Positions 1 to 9,749 are shown, numbered from the stretch's first letter. The stretch is DNA of 39,506 bases from Bdellovibrionota bacterium (GCA_041740355.1 JBGSMD010000047.1:1-39506); one strand, 5' to 3'. Notes: generated by a model not told the origin, from the sequence alone. Made by a program: numbers and translations.

Positions 1-55
1 TATAGAGAGTCCAAAAAATAAATTACGTAAGTAAATTACTTTTTGGAGCTATCTA
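1..55. mobile_element. MITE-like palindromic unit (TATAG...CTA family), copy A
   Basis: Starts TATAGAGAGTCCAAAAAATAAATTACGT and ends GTAAATTACTTTTTGGAGCTATCTA; imperfect terminal inverted repeat; core CAAAAAATAAATTACGTA shared with 27248-27265. Confidence 0.7.
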
Positions 56-147
56 TCCCCCGGAGGGATAATAAAATTATATAGTTATGACAAAAAACAA
101 GTAACTTTATTTTAACTATACGTAATTTATTTTTTGTCATAACTATA
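54..147. mobile_element. Composite element: hairpin TATCCCCCGGAGGGATA + linker + 68-bp TATAG..CTATA MITE-like unit
   Basis: 80-147 has an 18-bp perfect terminal IR (TATAGTTATGACAAAAAA/TTTTTTGTCATAACTATA); 52-100 is identical to the reverse complement of 27284-27332. Confidence 0.85.
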
Positions 148-175
148 TTAACTGCCAAGAATACTTGGCAGTTAA
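148..175. repeat. Perfect 12-bp-stem hairpin abutting the MITE cluster
   Basis: TTAACTGCCAAG-AATA-CTTGGCAGTTAA. Confidence 0.7.
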
Positions 176-233
176 CTACAATGTTCATGGAAAACCATAA
201 AAATCTTCTAAGTTTACTAGTCATGGATCTGCC

Positions 234-2603
234 TTGCGTTGGTTAGTAAGAATATTCCTCATTCTGTTTCTAGTACTCGCCTTGGCGTTATTTTTTTCAA
301 ACCAGATATTAGCTAAGTACGCTGAGAACCATAAGCTCCTAGTTGAAAAAAAATTAAGCGAGTTACTGCAAACAAAAGTTCAAATTGAAGAACTAACTCC
401 AGAGCTACTGCCCCTCCCCAAATTAATTGCAAAAAACATTAGAGTTAGTTTTAGCTCAGAACAGCAAAAAGATTTAATGATTAAACAAATTACATTAAAT
501 CCAAAACTAAAGTCACTAGTTACCGATCGACTAATATTTAGTGGTATAAAGATAGAGATTGCTGAACTTGTTCATCAATTAAACAATCAAGAAATTAAAC
601 TAAAAAATCTGCACTTAAAATCTAAGTTAAGTTTAGGAACTAGCAAAACTTCCCTCCAAGACTGGCAACTGGACTATCAACTAAACGAGCAAACTTTTCA
701 GTTAACAGGCGAAAATTTGGACTTTGATTCCAAAAATAAGCTGCTAGAAATTAGCGATACTCAGATAAATTCTGGGCAAAGTAAAATCAACCTTAGTCTT
801 AAACTAGATTCCGTAAATAATCTTTTAAATGTTAGACTCTCTAACTTTCAAATTCAATTATCAGATTTCCATCAACTAGCTAAGATACTAATGCCAACAA
901 GTGCCGAGAGCCTTCGAAATTACTTTTTTAAAGATCAAGCTTTTCAGATAACTGGCGGGGATTTAGCTTATAATTCAAAAAACAAGCTGCTAGAAATTAA
1001 CAATACTCAGATCAATACTTTGCAAAGCAAAATCAACCTCAGTCTCAAGGTAGATTCCGTAAATAATCTTTTAAAGATTGGACTCTCTAACTTCCAAATT
1101 CAATTATCAGATTTCTATCAACTAGCTAAAGTATTAATGCCAACAACTACCGAGTGGCTCAGGCAGGGCCAGGCTAATGGCAATCTAGAATATCAAGGTT
1201 CCATCTTAACTAACTATCAAGTTACTGGAAATTTAAATTTATCAGATATTAAACAGCTAACTAACTATCAATTTAAGTCCATAAAATTTGAAAACTTAAT
1301 TTTAGAAAATCTCGCCCAAACGAACCTTAAAGCTTCAGCCAAAACAACCGCTACAGGATTACAAATTGCCAATCGCTACAGCTCAGATCAACTCCTTGGT
1401 GATCTGACCTTAACCCATAACAAAACGAAGGGTATAATTATAACTGGTAAACCAAATTTTAAGAACTTTGGTTATCGCAATCAAGATCTAAAACTAACGA
1501 ATATTAATGCCAACATTAATCCACTAGAATTTCAAATAGATCCTCAAGGCAATATCGAATCAAAGCTTAATTTAGTTGGCAGTAGCATAAAAATGACCTC
1601 CCCTACTTTCCAAATTCATTCCGCCAGCAAAGTAACTATACCAATGACTATTAAGGTTCCTAAAAAGGGTGCTTATAATGTTTCGGGAATAGTTAGTGTT
1701 GTAAATGGAGATGTTCAATATACTAAATACAACTTAAAGAAATTATCTGGTAATGTTAAGGTCTACTTATCAAGCGCTAAACAAAGTTACGAAAGCGATT
1801 ACATTACATTTGAAGAAAATGGAACTAATTCCAAGCTTCAAACTAATCTTCAAATATTACCAAATGAATTTCAAGTCACAAATCTGCAAACAGATTATTT
1901 TAGTGGTAATACAATTGTTAACGGAATACTTGGTCGTAAAAAAAATCAAACTTTTCAGCTAAAAGTTTTAGCAAACAAATTGCAAGCCTCACGCATGAAA
2001 GCCTTATTTATCCCAGATCACAAAGAACCAATCGAGGGAGAAATGACAGATTTGACTTTTGATGTTCATGGCCTCCAAAACACCATACCAAAGGGAATTC
2101 TTGGAAATGGTGAATTTAAGTTTGTTCAACCACAGGCCAGTCGCACTGGAATAGCTAAACGAATTGTTAGTGGGCTGCGTTCCGTTCCCGTTGTTGGGCA
2201 GATCTTTGGCTCTAACAAAATAAACGAAGTTACTGAGTCACAAACATTACAGTCGAAGTTGAAGTTTGCTGATAATAATTGTTATTTTGAAACAATCAAT
2301 TTATCGCGACCTTCCTATGATCTGATTGGAAAAGGTCAATTATCCCATGATTATCAATTAAACATAAAAGCTGATCTGATTATGCTACAAGAATCAGCCA
2401 GTAAGTTTGGCCTTGGGGTTGCCCCTTTGGAAAAACTCTTTGGACGAGCCGGTCGAGTTGTAATTCCCATCTATATTCAAGGAAAGCTACCTGACTATAA
2501 AGTGGAAGCAAATATGAACGCCCTTGTTCAAAATAATACTGGAATTACCTTGGGGAAGAAGATTTTTAAGGGTATTGGTAATACTATTTTTGGTAAAGAT
2601 TGA
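234..2603 (+). CDS. AsmA-like (AsmA/TamB/YhdP superfamily) envelope protein with internal 82-aa duplication
   Basis: N-terminal TM anchor, long beta-rich body, AsmA-type C-terminus (GKGQL...IPIYIQGKLPDYKV); TTG start. Confidence 0.7.
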   Translation: MRWLVRIFLILFLVLALALFFSNQILAKYAENHKLLVEKKLSELLQTKVQIEELTPELLPLPKLIAKNIRVSFSSEQQKDLMIKQITLNPKLKSLVTDRLIFSGIKIEIAELVHQLNNQEIKLKNLHLKSKLSLGTSKTSLQDWQLDYQLNEQTFQLTGENLDFDSKNKLLEISDTQINSGQSKINLSLKLDSVNNLLNVRLSNFQIQLSDFHQLAKILMPTSAESLRNYFFKDQAFQITGGDLAYNSKNKLLEINNTQINTLQSKINLSLKVDSVNNLLKIGLSNFQIQLSDFYQLAKVLMPTTTEWLRQGQANGNLEYQGSILTNYQVTGNLNLSDIKQLTNYQFKSIKFENLILENLAQTNLKASAKTTATGLQIANRYSSDQLLGDLTLTHNKTKGIIITGKPNFKNFGYRNQDLKLTNINANINPLEFQIDPQGNIESKLNLVGSSIKMTSPTFQIHSASKVTIPMTIKVPKKGAYNVSGIVSVVNGDVQYTKYNLKKLSGNVKVYLSSAKQSYESDYITFEENGTNSKLQTNLQILPNEFQVTNLQTDYFSGNTIVNGILGRKKNQTFQLKVLANKLQASRMKALFIPDHKEPIEGEMTDLTFDVHGLQNTIPKGILGNGEFKFVQPQASRTGIAKRIVSGLRSVPVVGQIFGSNKINEVTESQTLQSKLKFADNNCYFETINLSRPSYDLIGKGQLSHDYQLNIKADLIMLQESASKFGLGVAPLEKLFGRAGRVVIPIYIQGKLPDYKVEANMNALVQNNTGITLGKKIFKGIGNTIFGKD
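690..1162 (+). repeat. Intragenic tandem duplication, period 246 bp (82 aa)
   Basis: QTFQLTG..SKNKLLEISDTQIN..LSNFQIQLSDFHQLAKILMPT (from 690) recurs as QAFQITG..SKNKLLEINNTQIN..LSNFQIQLSDFYQLAKVLMPT (from 936); DNA similarity is also visible. Confidence 0.9.
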
Positions 2604-2671
2604 GTTGGCAATTCTTAAGTAAATTGCCTATAGTACTGAACGTACAATATTTGTTTATCGAAAATTTACAT

Positions 2672-3277
2672 ATGAAAAAAATCTTTCTATCCTTAATTTT
2701 CTTAATCACTTTAATCTCCTGTTCTGCGAAAGATGCCAATTTATTAGACTCTTCTAATATCCCTGCCAATTTCAAAAAAACTGCTAATGGTGTTTACCTC
2801 CAAGCAGAAGATCCAAATGTCTTTAAGAAATATCGCGCATTTCATGTAAATCCAATTAATATTTATCAAAATGATAAAGGTCGTTTAGTTATACCAACGG
2901 ATATTGAAGTGACGCGACTTGCTATGAAATTTCGTGAACAAATAATTCGTGACTTAGGATCTAGGTACACGCCATTTGATCAACCTGCTCGTGATGTGGC
3001 AATTATTGACATTAAAGTCGTTGATATCTGGTCATCTAGAACAATTGAAGCAATTCGTCCGGGCATAATCTTCCCAAATAATCTTGGAGGTGGAGCAACA
3101 ATGGAAGCTAGCTTTTATGATACAGTTTCCAAAGCAAAAGTTGCGACAGTTTGGGATTCACGCCCTGGTAAGCGACAAGGATTTTTTAGTGGATTAACTA
3201 AATGGGGCAATACAGAAGAAGCCTTTAAGGAATGGTCTATTTTACTTAAAAAAAGCATTAGAAGTAGCGCTTACTAA
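2672..3277 (+). CDS. Lipoprotein, probable DUF3313 family
   Basis: Likely start MKKIFLSL at 2672 with lipobox LISC; GGATMEASFYD..S motif and WG..EEAFKEW end recalled from DUF3313 proteins. Confidence 0.65.
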   Translation: MKKIFLSLIFLITLISCSAKDANLLDSSNIPANFKKTANGVYLQAEDPNVFKKYRAFHVNPINIYQNDKGRLVIPTDIEVTRLAMKFREQIIRDLGSRYTPFDQPARDVAIIDIKVVDIWSSRTIEAIRPGIIFPNNLGGGATMEASFYDTVSKAKVATVWDSRPGKRQGFFSGLTKWGNTEEAFKEWSILLKKSIRSSAY

Positions 3278-3418
3278 ATATTGCCGATAAGAATCTTTAT
3301 TAAGCAATTATCTTCTTTTAGTTGCTTGCTACAAAAAATAAATTGAGACCTGCGAAGAACCTCTAATTTTTTAGAGCCCAGCAATTTTTCAAAATGCAAG
3401 TATTTAATATTACTTAAG

Positions 3419-4456
3419 TTGTATTTTGAAAAATTGCTAAGCTTCCAACAAAAACTAGGTTATTCGCAGGTCTTAAATTGGTTAAGTTTTTATAATTCTC
3501 ACTTGAAAAGATTATATAGTTTCCTATACAACCTTAGAATACTGGTTATTTTACTTGGTACTCCGCTATGTTTACTAGCTCAAGACATGGAACCTCGAGC
3601 TTACTCCAACGCGCCAATCGGAACAAATTTTCTTGGTAGTGGCTTTACAAATTCCAGTGGTGGGGTTTCGCTAGATCCATCCGCTCCAGTTACCGATGTC
3701 GAAGCTGATATTAACATAACAACTCTGGGGATCTCACGATTTTTTTCGCTCCAAAATCGCTTAGCAAATGCTTCAATCATACTTCCACGCGTTGATGCTG
3801 ATTTAAGTGGTAATATTGGGGAAGAAAAAAGATCAATTAACAGAACAGGACTAGGAGATTTACGTTTCCGATTAGCAATGAATTTAATTGGATCTGAACC
3901 AAAAACTCCTGAAGAATTTACTAAGTATTCTCAAAAGACAACAACAGTTGGAATTAGCAGTGTAATTGTTGCTCCTACTGGCGAATATAATCCCGAATAT
4001 TTGATTAATATTGGAACAAATCGCTGGGCCTTTAAACCTGAAATCGGAGTCTCCCACTCAATTAACAATTGGTTTATGGAGGGAACTTACGGTCTCTGGC
4101 TTTATACAGACAACGATAATTTCTATGGTGGTAAAGAACGGGAGCAAAAACCGATTAATAGTTTTCAATTACATACTGGCTATACATTCAGCCCAGGTCT
4201 TTGGTTGTCAGCGGATGCTACCTATTGGAGCGGTGGTCAAACAAAGGTTGAAGGAGTAGAAAAAAATGATACTCAAAGTAGCTCTAGATATGGGCTGACA
4301 CTATCGGTTCCGCTTTCTAAAAAATTTTCTATAAAGCTTGCTTGTTCAAAAGGCTTGAGCGCCCGAATTGGTAATGATTTTACTACCTATACTGCCGCTC
4401 TTCAATATCTTTGGTTTGATCCTGTAAGTGAAATAACTGCGAATAAAGTTCCTTAA
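3419..4456 (+). CDS. Outer-membrane beta-barrel 'transporter', MetA-pathway phenol degradation (SphA-like) family; start may be TTG at 3503
   Basis: AQDMEPRAYSNAPIG, GLGDLRFR, PTGEY....INIGTNRWAFKPEIG motifs; terminal aromatic strand LQYLW. Confidence 0.75.
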   Translation: MYFEKLLSFQQKLGYSQVLNWLSFYNSHLKRLYSFLYNLRILVILLGTPLCLLAQDMEPRAYSNAPIGTNFLGSGFTNSSGGVSLDPSAPVTDVEADINITTLGISRFFSLQNRLANASIILPRVDADLSGNIGEEKRSINRTGLGDLRFRLAMNLIGSEPKTPEEFTKYSQKTTTVGISSVIVAPTGEYNPEYLINIGTNRWAFKPEIGVSHSINNWFMEGTYGLWLYTDNDNFYGGKEREQKPINSFQLHTGYTFSPGLWLSADATYWSGGQTKVEGVEKNDTQSSSRYGLTLSVPLSKKFSIKLACSKGLSARIGNDFTTYTAALQYLWFDPVSEITANKVP

Positions 4457-4583
4457 GCAAACTAAGCCTTAATATAATCTGAAAAACGTTCCCAAGAATC
4501 TTCATTCAATTTTAAGTTCATTCTGTTAATACAACTAAAAATAAAGTAATCTTAAAACCTGCATTTATTATTAATACACGTTA

Positions 4584-6833
4584 GTGACATCACGTCTTGC
4601 AATCTTAATTTCTTTCTTACTAATCCAAGGTGTTCTTGCCTGTAAATCCGACCTACCAGTGGCAAGGAAAGAAACCCCGGCTATTGTAAAAAAAATTATA
4701 CCTAAAGTAATTACAGAAGATTTAATTGTTAAATCAAAATTCCCAGATGAGACTTCACAAAAATGCCAAAGTTGTCACCTAGAACAATTTACCGACTGGT
4801 CTCATTCCCAACATGCGGTTGCTAATCGACTAGTTACAAAGGAAACGGATTTAAAACCCTTCTCAACAGACCAAGTTAGAGAGTATGGAAAACTAAAGAC
4901 TAGCTTTGAAACTGAGACAGAACATCTAATAATAAAACAAACAGATCCAGACAATAAGTCGCAGATTTATTATCCGGAAGCTGTAATCGGAATCACTCCA
5001 GAAATCCAATATTTAATCCCTTTTCCAGATGGTCGATTACAAGTTTTTGATGAAGCTTACGATCCCCATAAAAATGAATGGTTTAATGTTTTTGGATCAG
5101 AAGTAAGAGACCCAAAGGAATGGGGCTCTTGGCAAAATCGTGGTAACAACTGGAATTCACAGTGTGCCTATTGTCACATGAGTGATTATAAAAAAAATTA
5201 TTCTGTAGAGACTGATACTTATAAAAGTACTTGGGCTGCGATGGGTGTCAACTGTTCACAGTGTCATGGAGATCCAACTGATCACTTAAAAGATCCAAAA
5301 ACCTCACTAAGTACTAAAGAAAATACTCCGACCCTAACTATGGATAACTGTGCTGCCTGCCATTCTAGACGGGAAGAATTAACCGCTGATTTTAAAGCCG
5401 GAGAAAAGTTTGTAGATCATTACCGATTAATGCTTGCTGATGATCCACTGTATTACCATCCCGATGGACAGCAAAATGACGAGGTCTTTGTCTATGGTTC
5501 ATTTATGAATAGCCGGATGGGACACAAAGGAATTACCTGCCAAGATTGTCATAATCCCCATAGTGGAAAATTAATTATTCCCACAGAAAAAAATGCTCTT
5601 TGCTTAAGTTGTCATGCGAGCCCTGGAAGAAAAGATGCGGTAATTATCGATCCCCTAACTCATAGCCACCATGATGATAATTCTGGTAATTCCTGCGTGG
5701 AGTGCCACATGCCAGAAAAAACATACATGCAAAGAGATCCAAGAAGAGATCACTACTTTGGAATTCCAGATCCATTATTATCTAAAGAACTAAATACCCC
5801 AAACGCCTGTGCTAAATGCCATGCCGATCAAGATTTAGATTGGGCAATTAAGTGGACAGATAAATGGTATGGTAAAAAAATGGATCGGCCAACTCGGACT
5901 CGAGCTCGCGTTATCGCTCGTGCCCAACAAGGAGACCAAACAGTAATACCTGAGCTACTAAAGCTTGCAAAGACTGAAGAAATTGCCTTCTGGCGCGCGA
6001 CTCTTACCGCCCTGTTAAGACCTTGGGCTAATGAGTCTAAAGAAATTACCGATTTCTTAAAAACTAAATTAAAAGATTCCGATCCAACAGTTCGTGCTAT
6101 TGCGGTGCAAGCCCTTGAACCTATTCCGGAAATGCTAACTGATATTGAACCCCTTAAAAAAGATTCAAGTCGACTAGTACGCCTTGATGCCGTCTTTGCT
6201 TTACCAAAAACTGAGCGACAAGACTCCCCTGCTTACCAAGAACTTTTAGCATACCTCGATAATCAATCCGATCAACCAGCTGGATTGCTTAAACGTGCTC
6301 AACTAAAAATGAAAGAAGGTGAAAACCTTGAGGCTGAACAACTGCTAAAAAAGATTATTGAATGGGACACTTCGGCAGTTAATTATCATTTCCTAGCTCA
6401 GTTTTATTACAGTAATGGAAAGTCACAGGATGCGATTCGAAATTATCAGCAAGCAATCAAAATGGATCCTAATAACTTTGAATATACCTACAACCTTTCC
6501 TTACTTTATGCTGAAAATGCCATGTTAACAGAGGCAGTTAGAATGCTTGAAAAGACTGTGGAGTTAAATATTAATTTTGGTAGAGCTTGGTATAACTTAG
6601 GGCTGGCCTATTCCGAACAAGGAAAAATAGACTCGGCCATCAAGAGTTTAATTTTAGCCGAGAAGTCACTACCGACTTCAGCAGAGGTGCCTTATGCTCT
6701 AGCAACTATCTATTTAAACAAATCAGACTTTACTAATGCCGAGAGAGCAACTCTTAAAAGTTTAGAAATTGATTCCAGTTATTTACCAGCAAGAGAATTA
6801 CTAGATCACTTAAATAGTTACCGAGCTAAATAA
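4584..6833 (+). CDS. Multiheme (8 CxxCH) cytochrome c lipoprotein with C-terminal HEAT and TPR repeats
   Basis: CQSCH, CAYCH, CSQCH, CAACH, CQDCH, CLSCH, CVECH, CAKCH; lipobox VLAC; HEAT (LKDSDPTVRAIAVQAL); TPRs (AWYNLGLAY). Confidence 0.85.
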   Translation: MTSRLAILISFLLIQGVLACKSDLPVARKETPAIVKKIIPKVITEDLIVKSKFPDETSQKCQSCHLEQFTDWSHSQHAVANRLVTKETDLKPFSTDQVREYGKLKTSFETETEHLIIKQTDPDNKSQIYYPEAVIGITPEIQYLIPFPDGRLQVFDEAYDPHKNEWFNVFGSEVRDPKEWGSWQNRGNNWNSQCAYCHMSDYKKNYSVETDTYKSTWAAMGVNCSQCHGDPTDHLKDPKTSLSTKENTPTLTMDNCAACHSRREELTADFKAGEKFVDHYRLMLADDPLYYHPDGQQNDEVFVYGSFMNSRMGHKGITCQDCHNPHSGKLIIPTEKNALCLSCHASPGRKDAVIIDPLTHSHHDDNSGNSCVECHMPEKTYMQRDPRRDHYFGIPDPLLSKELNTPNACAKCHADQDLDWAIKWTDKWYGKKMDRPTRTRARVIARAQQGDQTVIPELLKLAKTEEIAFWRATLTALLRPWANESKEITDFLKTKLKDSDPTVRAIAVQALEPIPEMLTDIEPLKKDSSRLVRLDAVFALPKTERQDSPAYQELLAYLDNQSDQPAGLLKRAQLKMKEGENLEAEQLLKKIIEWDTSAVNYHFLAQFYYSNGKSQDAIRNYQQAIKMDPNNFEYTYNLSLLYAENAMLTEAVRMLEKTVELNINFGRAWYNLGLAYSEQGKIDSAIKSLILAEKSLPTSAEVPYALATIYLNKSDFTNAERATLKSLEIDSSYLPARELLDHLNSYRAK

Positions 6834-6851
6834 ACCCGTATAAAACTGCTA

Positions 6852-7859
6852 TTATTTCTCGAAAGCATAGATCTTCTTCCAATCTTTTTTCATATCAATA
6901 ACTATCCAAGAATTTTCTTTAGCAAGATCCAATGCCTTGTCCAACTTACCAATAGATGATTTTCGATCATAAGCCCACTCTCGTTGCTCGTCGGTATGAT
7001 GAACAATCATAGCTAAGCTTGGTTTAGTAGATCCAGTCGTCCATTGTAACATTTGTAAATCTCCGTCAGAATTTCCAAAACTAGCTACTGGTCGACGACC
7101 AATATGTTGTTGAATCGCAACCGGCTTGCCCTCTTTATCATCAACAAAATTTATTTCTGGCAAACGAAGGAGAACCGGCTTACCATCTTTAATTTCAAAT
7201 TTAGTTTTAATGCTTGAACCAATCACCTGCTCTGGGGGTATGCCATAGACTTGCTCCGTCCATGGGCGCATAAACTCAATTCCACCACCTGAAACAATAT
7301 AAGTTTTAAAACCATTAGCACGTAAGTAGCTTAACAACTCCAGCATCGGCTGATATACCATTTCCGTAAACGGTTTTTTTGTCACAGGATGTTTAGCAAC
7401 TAAGAGCCAATCTTTAACTATTTTTTCAAATTCTTCTGAAGTTGTATTGGCATGTGTGGCCATCATTATTTCCAGCAATCCACGCTCCCCACTAGCTAAA
7501 GCTCCTTTAACATCACCCTTAAGTAAAGACGCAAAAGGTTCTTTGGTTTTCCATTCAGGATGCTGTGACGCTAGTGCCTTAACTCGATCAATTGCAAAAA
7601 ATAGCTGAAAATACATTGGTTGCTCAGCCCAAAGAGTTCCATCATTATCAAAAGTCGCAATTCGTTCAGAAACTGGAATAAAATCGGAAGAACCAGCAGT
7701 TGTAGTTTTTTTAACGTAATCAATTATTGACTGCTGGGTATTACCCTTATTCCAAGATGATAATACTTCACTTTGAGCAAATGAATTATTCAAAGGAACG
7801 ATTACTAAAAGTATCGCAACATAAAACCAAAGGAGCTTGTAGGGTAAAAACCGATTCAT
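6852..7859 (-). CDS. Secreted HAD-family hydrolase (nonspecific acid phosphatase-like)
   Basis: Signal peptide; FDNDGTLW (motif I), IVSGG (II), K (III), GNSDGD (IV). Confidence 0.85.
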   Translation of the reverse strand: MNRFLPYKLLWFYVAILLVIVPLNNSFAQSEVLSSWNKGNTQQSIIDYVKKTTTAGSSDFIPVSERIATFDNDGTLWAEQPMYFQLFFAIDRVKALASQHPEWKTKEPFASLLKGDVKGALASGERGLLEIMMATHANTTSEEFEKIVKDWLLVAKHPVTKKPFTEMVYQPMLELLSYLRANGFKTYIVSGGGIEFMRPWTEQVYGIPPEQVIGSSIKTKFEIKDGKPVLLRLPEINFVDDKEGKPVAIQQHIGRRPVASFGNSDGDLQMLQWTTGSTKPSLAMIVHHTDEQREWAYDRKSSIGKLDKALDLAKENSWIVIDMKKDWKKIYAFEK

Positions 7860-7886
7860 ATTAATTTTTTCTAATTTTAAGAAAAC

Positions 7887-7966
7887 AAAAGTCTTCTGAC
7901 TAATTTCTAATAAGTCAGAAAACTTTTAACTATAGGAAGAGGATATTGTTGGTGATACCAACAATA
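7887..7966 (-). terminator. Two stem-loops between the sulfatase and HAD genes (terminator or mRNA-stabilising)
   Basis: TATTGTTGGT-gat-ACCAACAATA (7944-7966) and AAAAGTcTTCTGACT...AGTCAGAAaACTTTT (7887-7927). Confidence 0.45.
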
Positions 7967-7977
7967 CTCTCTGTTGA

Positions 7978-9601
7978 CTACTGAACCCCACCTTCTAAAG
8001 TCATTCCCTTGATCTGTTTTTCTAGCGTATCAAGGCTCCAATCGCCTGGAACTTGACTTGGCGGAAACTGCTTCATAGTTGTTAGGAATTTAATAGCAAT
8101 TGCCTGAAGCGGTCCCAAAACAAATGCTCTATCGATCATCCAATCATGATATGTATTAGAGTTTTCCTGAGATTTCTCAAACGGATCCCGACGTAAATTG
8201 AAAAGCAAAGGCAGACGTAAGTGAATAAAAGGTTCACGCCATACTTGTAACTGATGAGCACGATTCTCTAAGTATACTGCCTTCCAATCGTTATAGCGCA
8301 AAGCTACTATATCTCCAGCATCGTTTACATAGATAAATTCATTACGAGGCGAATCCTTTACTTTACCACTTAGGTAATCAGTTAGATCATAACCATCAAC
8401 ATGGTTTTTGTAATTGCGACCGTTAATATTAGTCCCTTTTAATAATCTTTCTTTTACATCGGTATCACCAGCAACCGCAGCAAAAGTTGGCAGCCAATCT
8501 TCGTGAGAAACAATTCCATTTAGAGTTGTTCCCGCAGGAAAATGATTTGGCCATTTAATAAATGCAGGGACGCGATAAGCTCCTTCCCAGTTTGAGTTTT
8601 TCTCGCCACGAAATGGAGTGGTTCCCGCGTCAGGCCAAGTATTGTAATGCGGGCCATTATCAGTTGAGTATTGCACTATAGTATCATCAGTTAATCCCAA
8701 ATCATCAATTAACTTAAGTAACTCACCAACATGCATATCATGCTCGACCATACCGTCACTATATTCATCTTGTCCTGAAAGACCAATATGTTCAGGCTTT
8801 ACGTGAGTACGAAAATGCATTCGAGTACCATTCCACCAACAGAAAAATGGCTGACCGGCTTTAGCTTGTCGAGTAATGAAATCTTTGGCCGCAGTAACTG
8901 TTTCATCATCAATAGTTTCCATTCTTTTCTTAGTAAGCGGTCCTAAGCTTTCAATTGTCTGCCCGCCCTTACCATCTGATTTAGATTTGATAACACCTCT
9001 TGGTCCAAACTGTTCCAAGAAAGTTTTGCCATTGGCTAGCTTCATATCTCTTGGATAGTCACGTTGTTCTGGTTCTTCCTCCGCGTTGAGGTGATAAAGA
9101 CTTCCCATAAATTCATCAAAACCATGAACTGTTGGAAGATGTTCATCACGATCCCCTTGGTGGTTTTTACCAAACTGACCTGTAGCATAACCTTGTCCTT
9201 TTAAAACAGTTGCCATTGTAACGTCAGTTTTCTGCCATCCCTCTTTCGCACCAGGCATACCAACTTTTGTCATCCCAGATCGTACTGGAACACTACCGCT
9301 AATAAAGGCTGCGCGACCAGCAGTACAGCTCTGTTGAGCATAGTAATCTGTAAAAGCAACACCTTCTTTGGCAATACGATCGATACTCGGTGTTTTGTAG
9401 CCCATCATCCCCCCAGATGACCAGAATGTTTGGCTTTTTATCTGCTGCCAATATCGGTGACGTTACGCCAAGTATAACAGTTGCAAAAGTAAGCAATGTG
9501 ACACAAAGTCTAGTTAAATAATGTGCGGAATTCTGATTGATTTTTGGGGCGAGAGATTTTCTTGTCTCAGAAAGGTCTTTTGTGCGAATGAATATTCCCA
9601 T
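7978..9601 (-). pseudogene. Cys-type arylsulfatase (S1 family) split by a small deletion/frameshift near 9400-9415
   Basis: ORF 9299..9601 gives a signal peptide plus KPNILVIWGDD; ORF 7978..9408 continues in another frame with MMGYKTPSIDRIAKEG, SCTAGRAAF (CxAxR), GKNH, STDNG. The usual intervening residues are missing. Confidence 0.8.
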
Positions 9602-9749
9602 GAAGATTAACCTAAATATTAAAAATTTACGCTAATATTTATAACGTATTAATGTACATTATGACAAGGATTAATTTACTACACGATCAGAACTTAGCTC
9701 ACTATCTTTTCCCTCCGCACCCCCCAAGATAAATTCATAAAAACAACAA

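Noticed and set aside
1-147. CRISPR array or integron attC interpretation of the terminal repeats
   Set aside because: Units are inverted rather than regularly spaced direct repeats; no cas or intI genes; no RYYYAAC/GTTRRRY cassette boundaries seen.
36-224. 62-aa minus-strand ORF
   Set aside because: Runs through the palindromic elements; no protein features.
9299-9408. Programmed frameshift in the sulfatase
   Set aside because: A G6 run is present, but conserved residues are missing between WGDD and GMMG, so a frameshift alone would not restore the protein.
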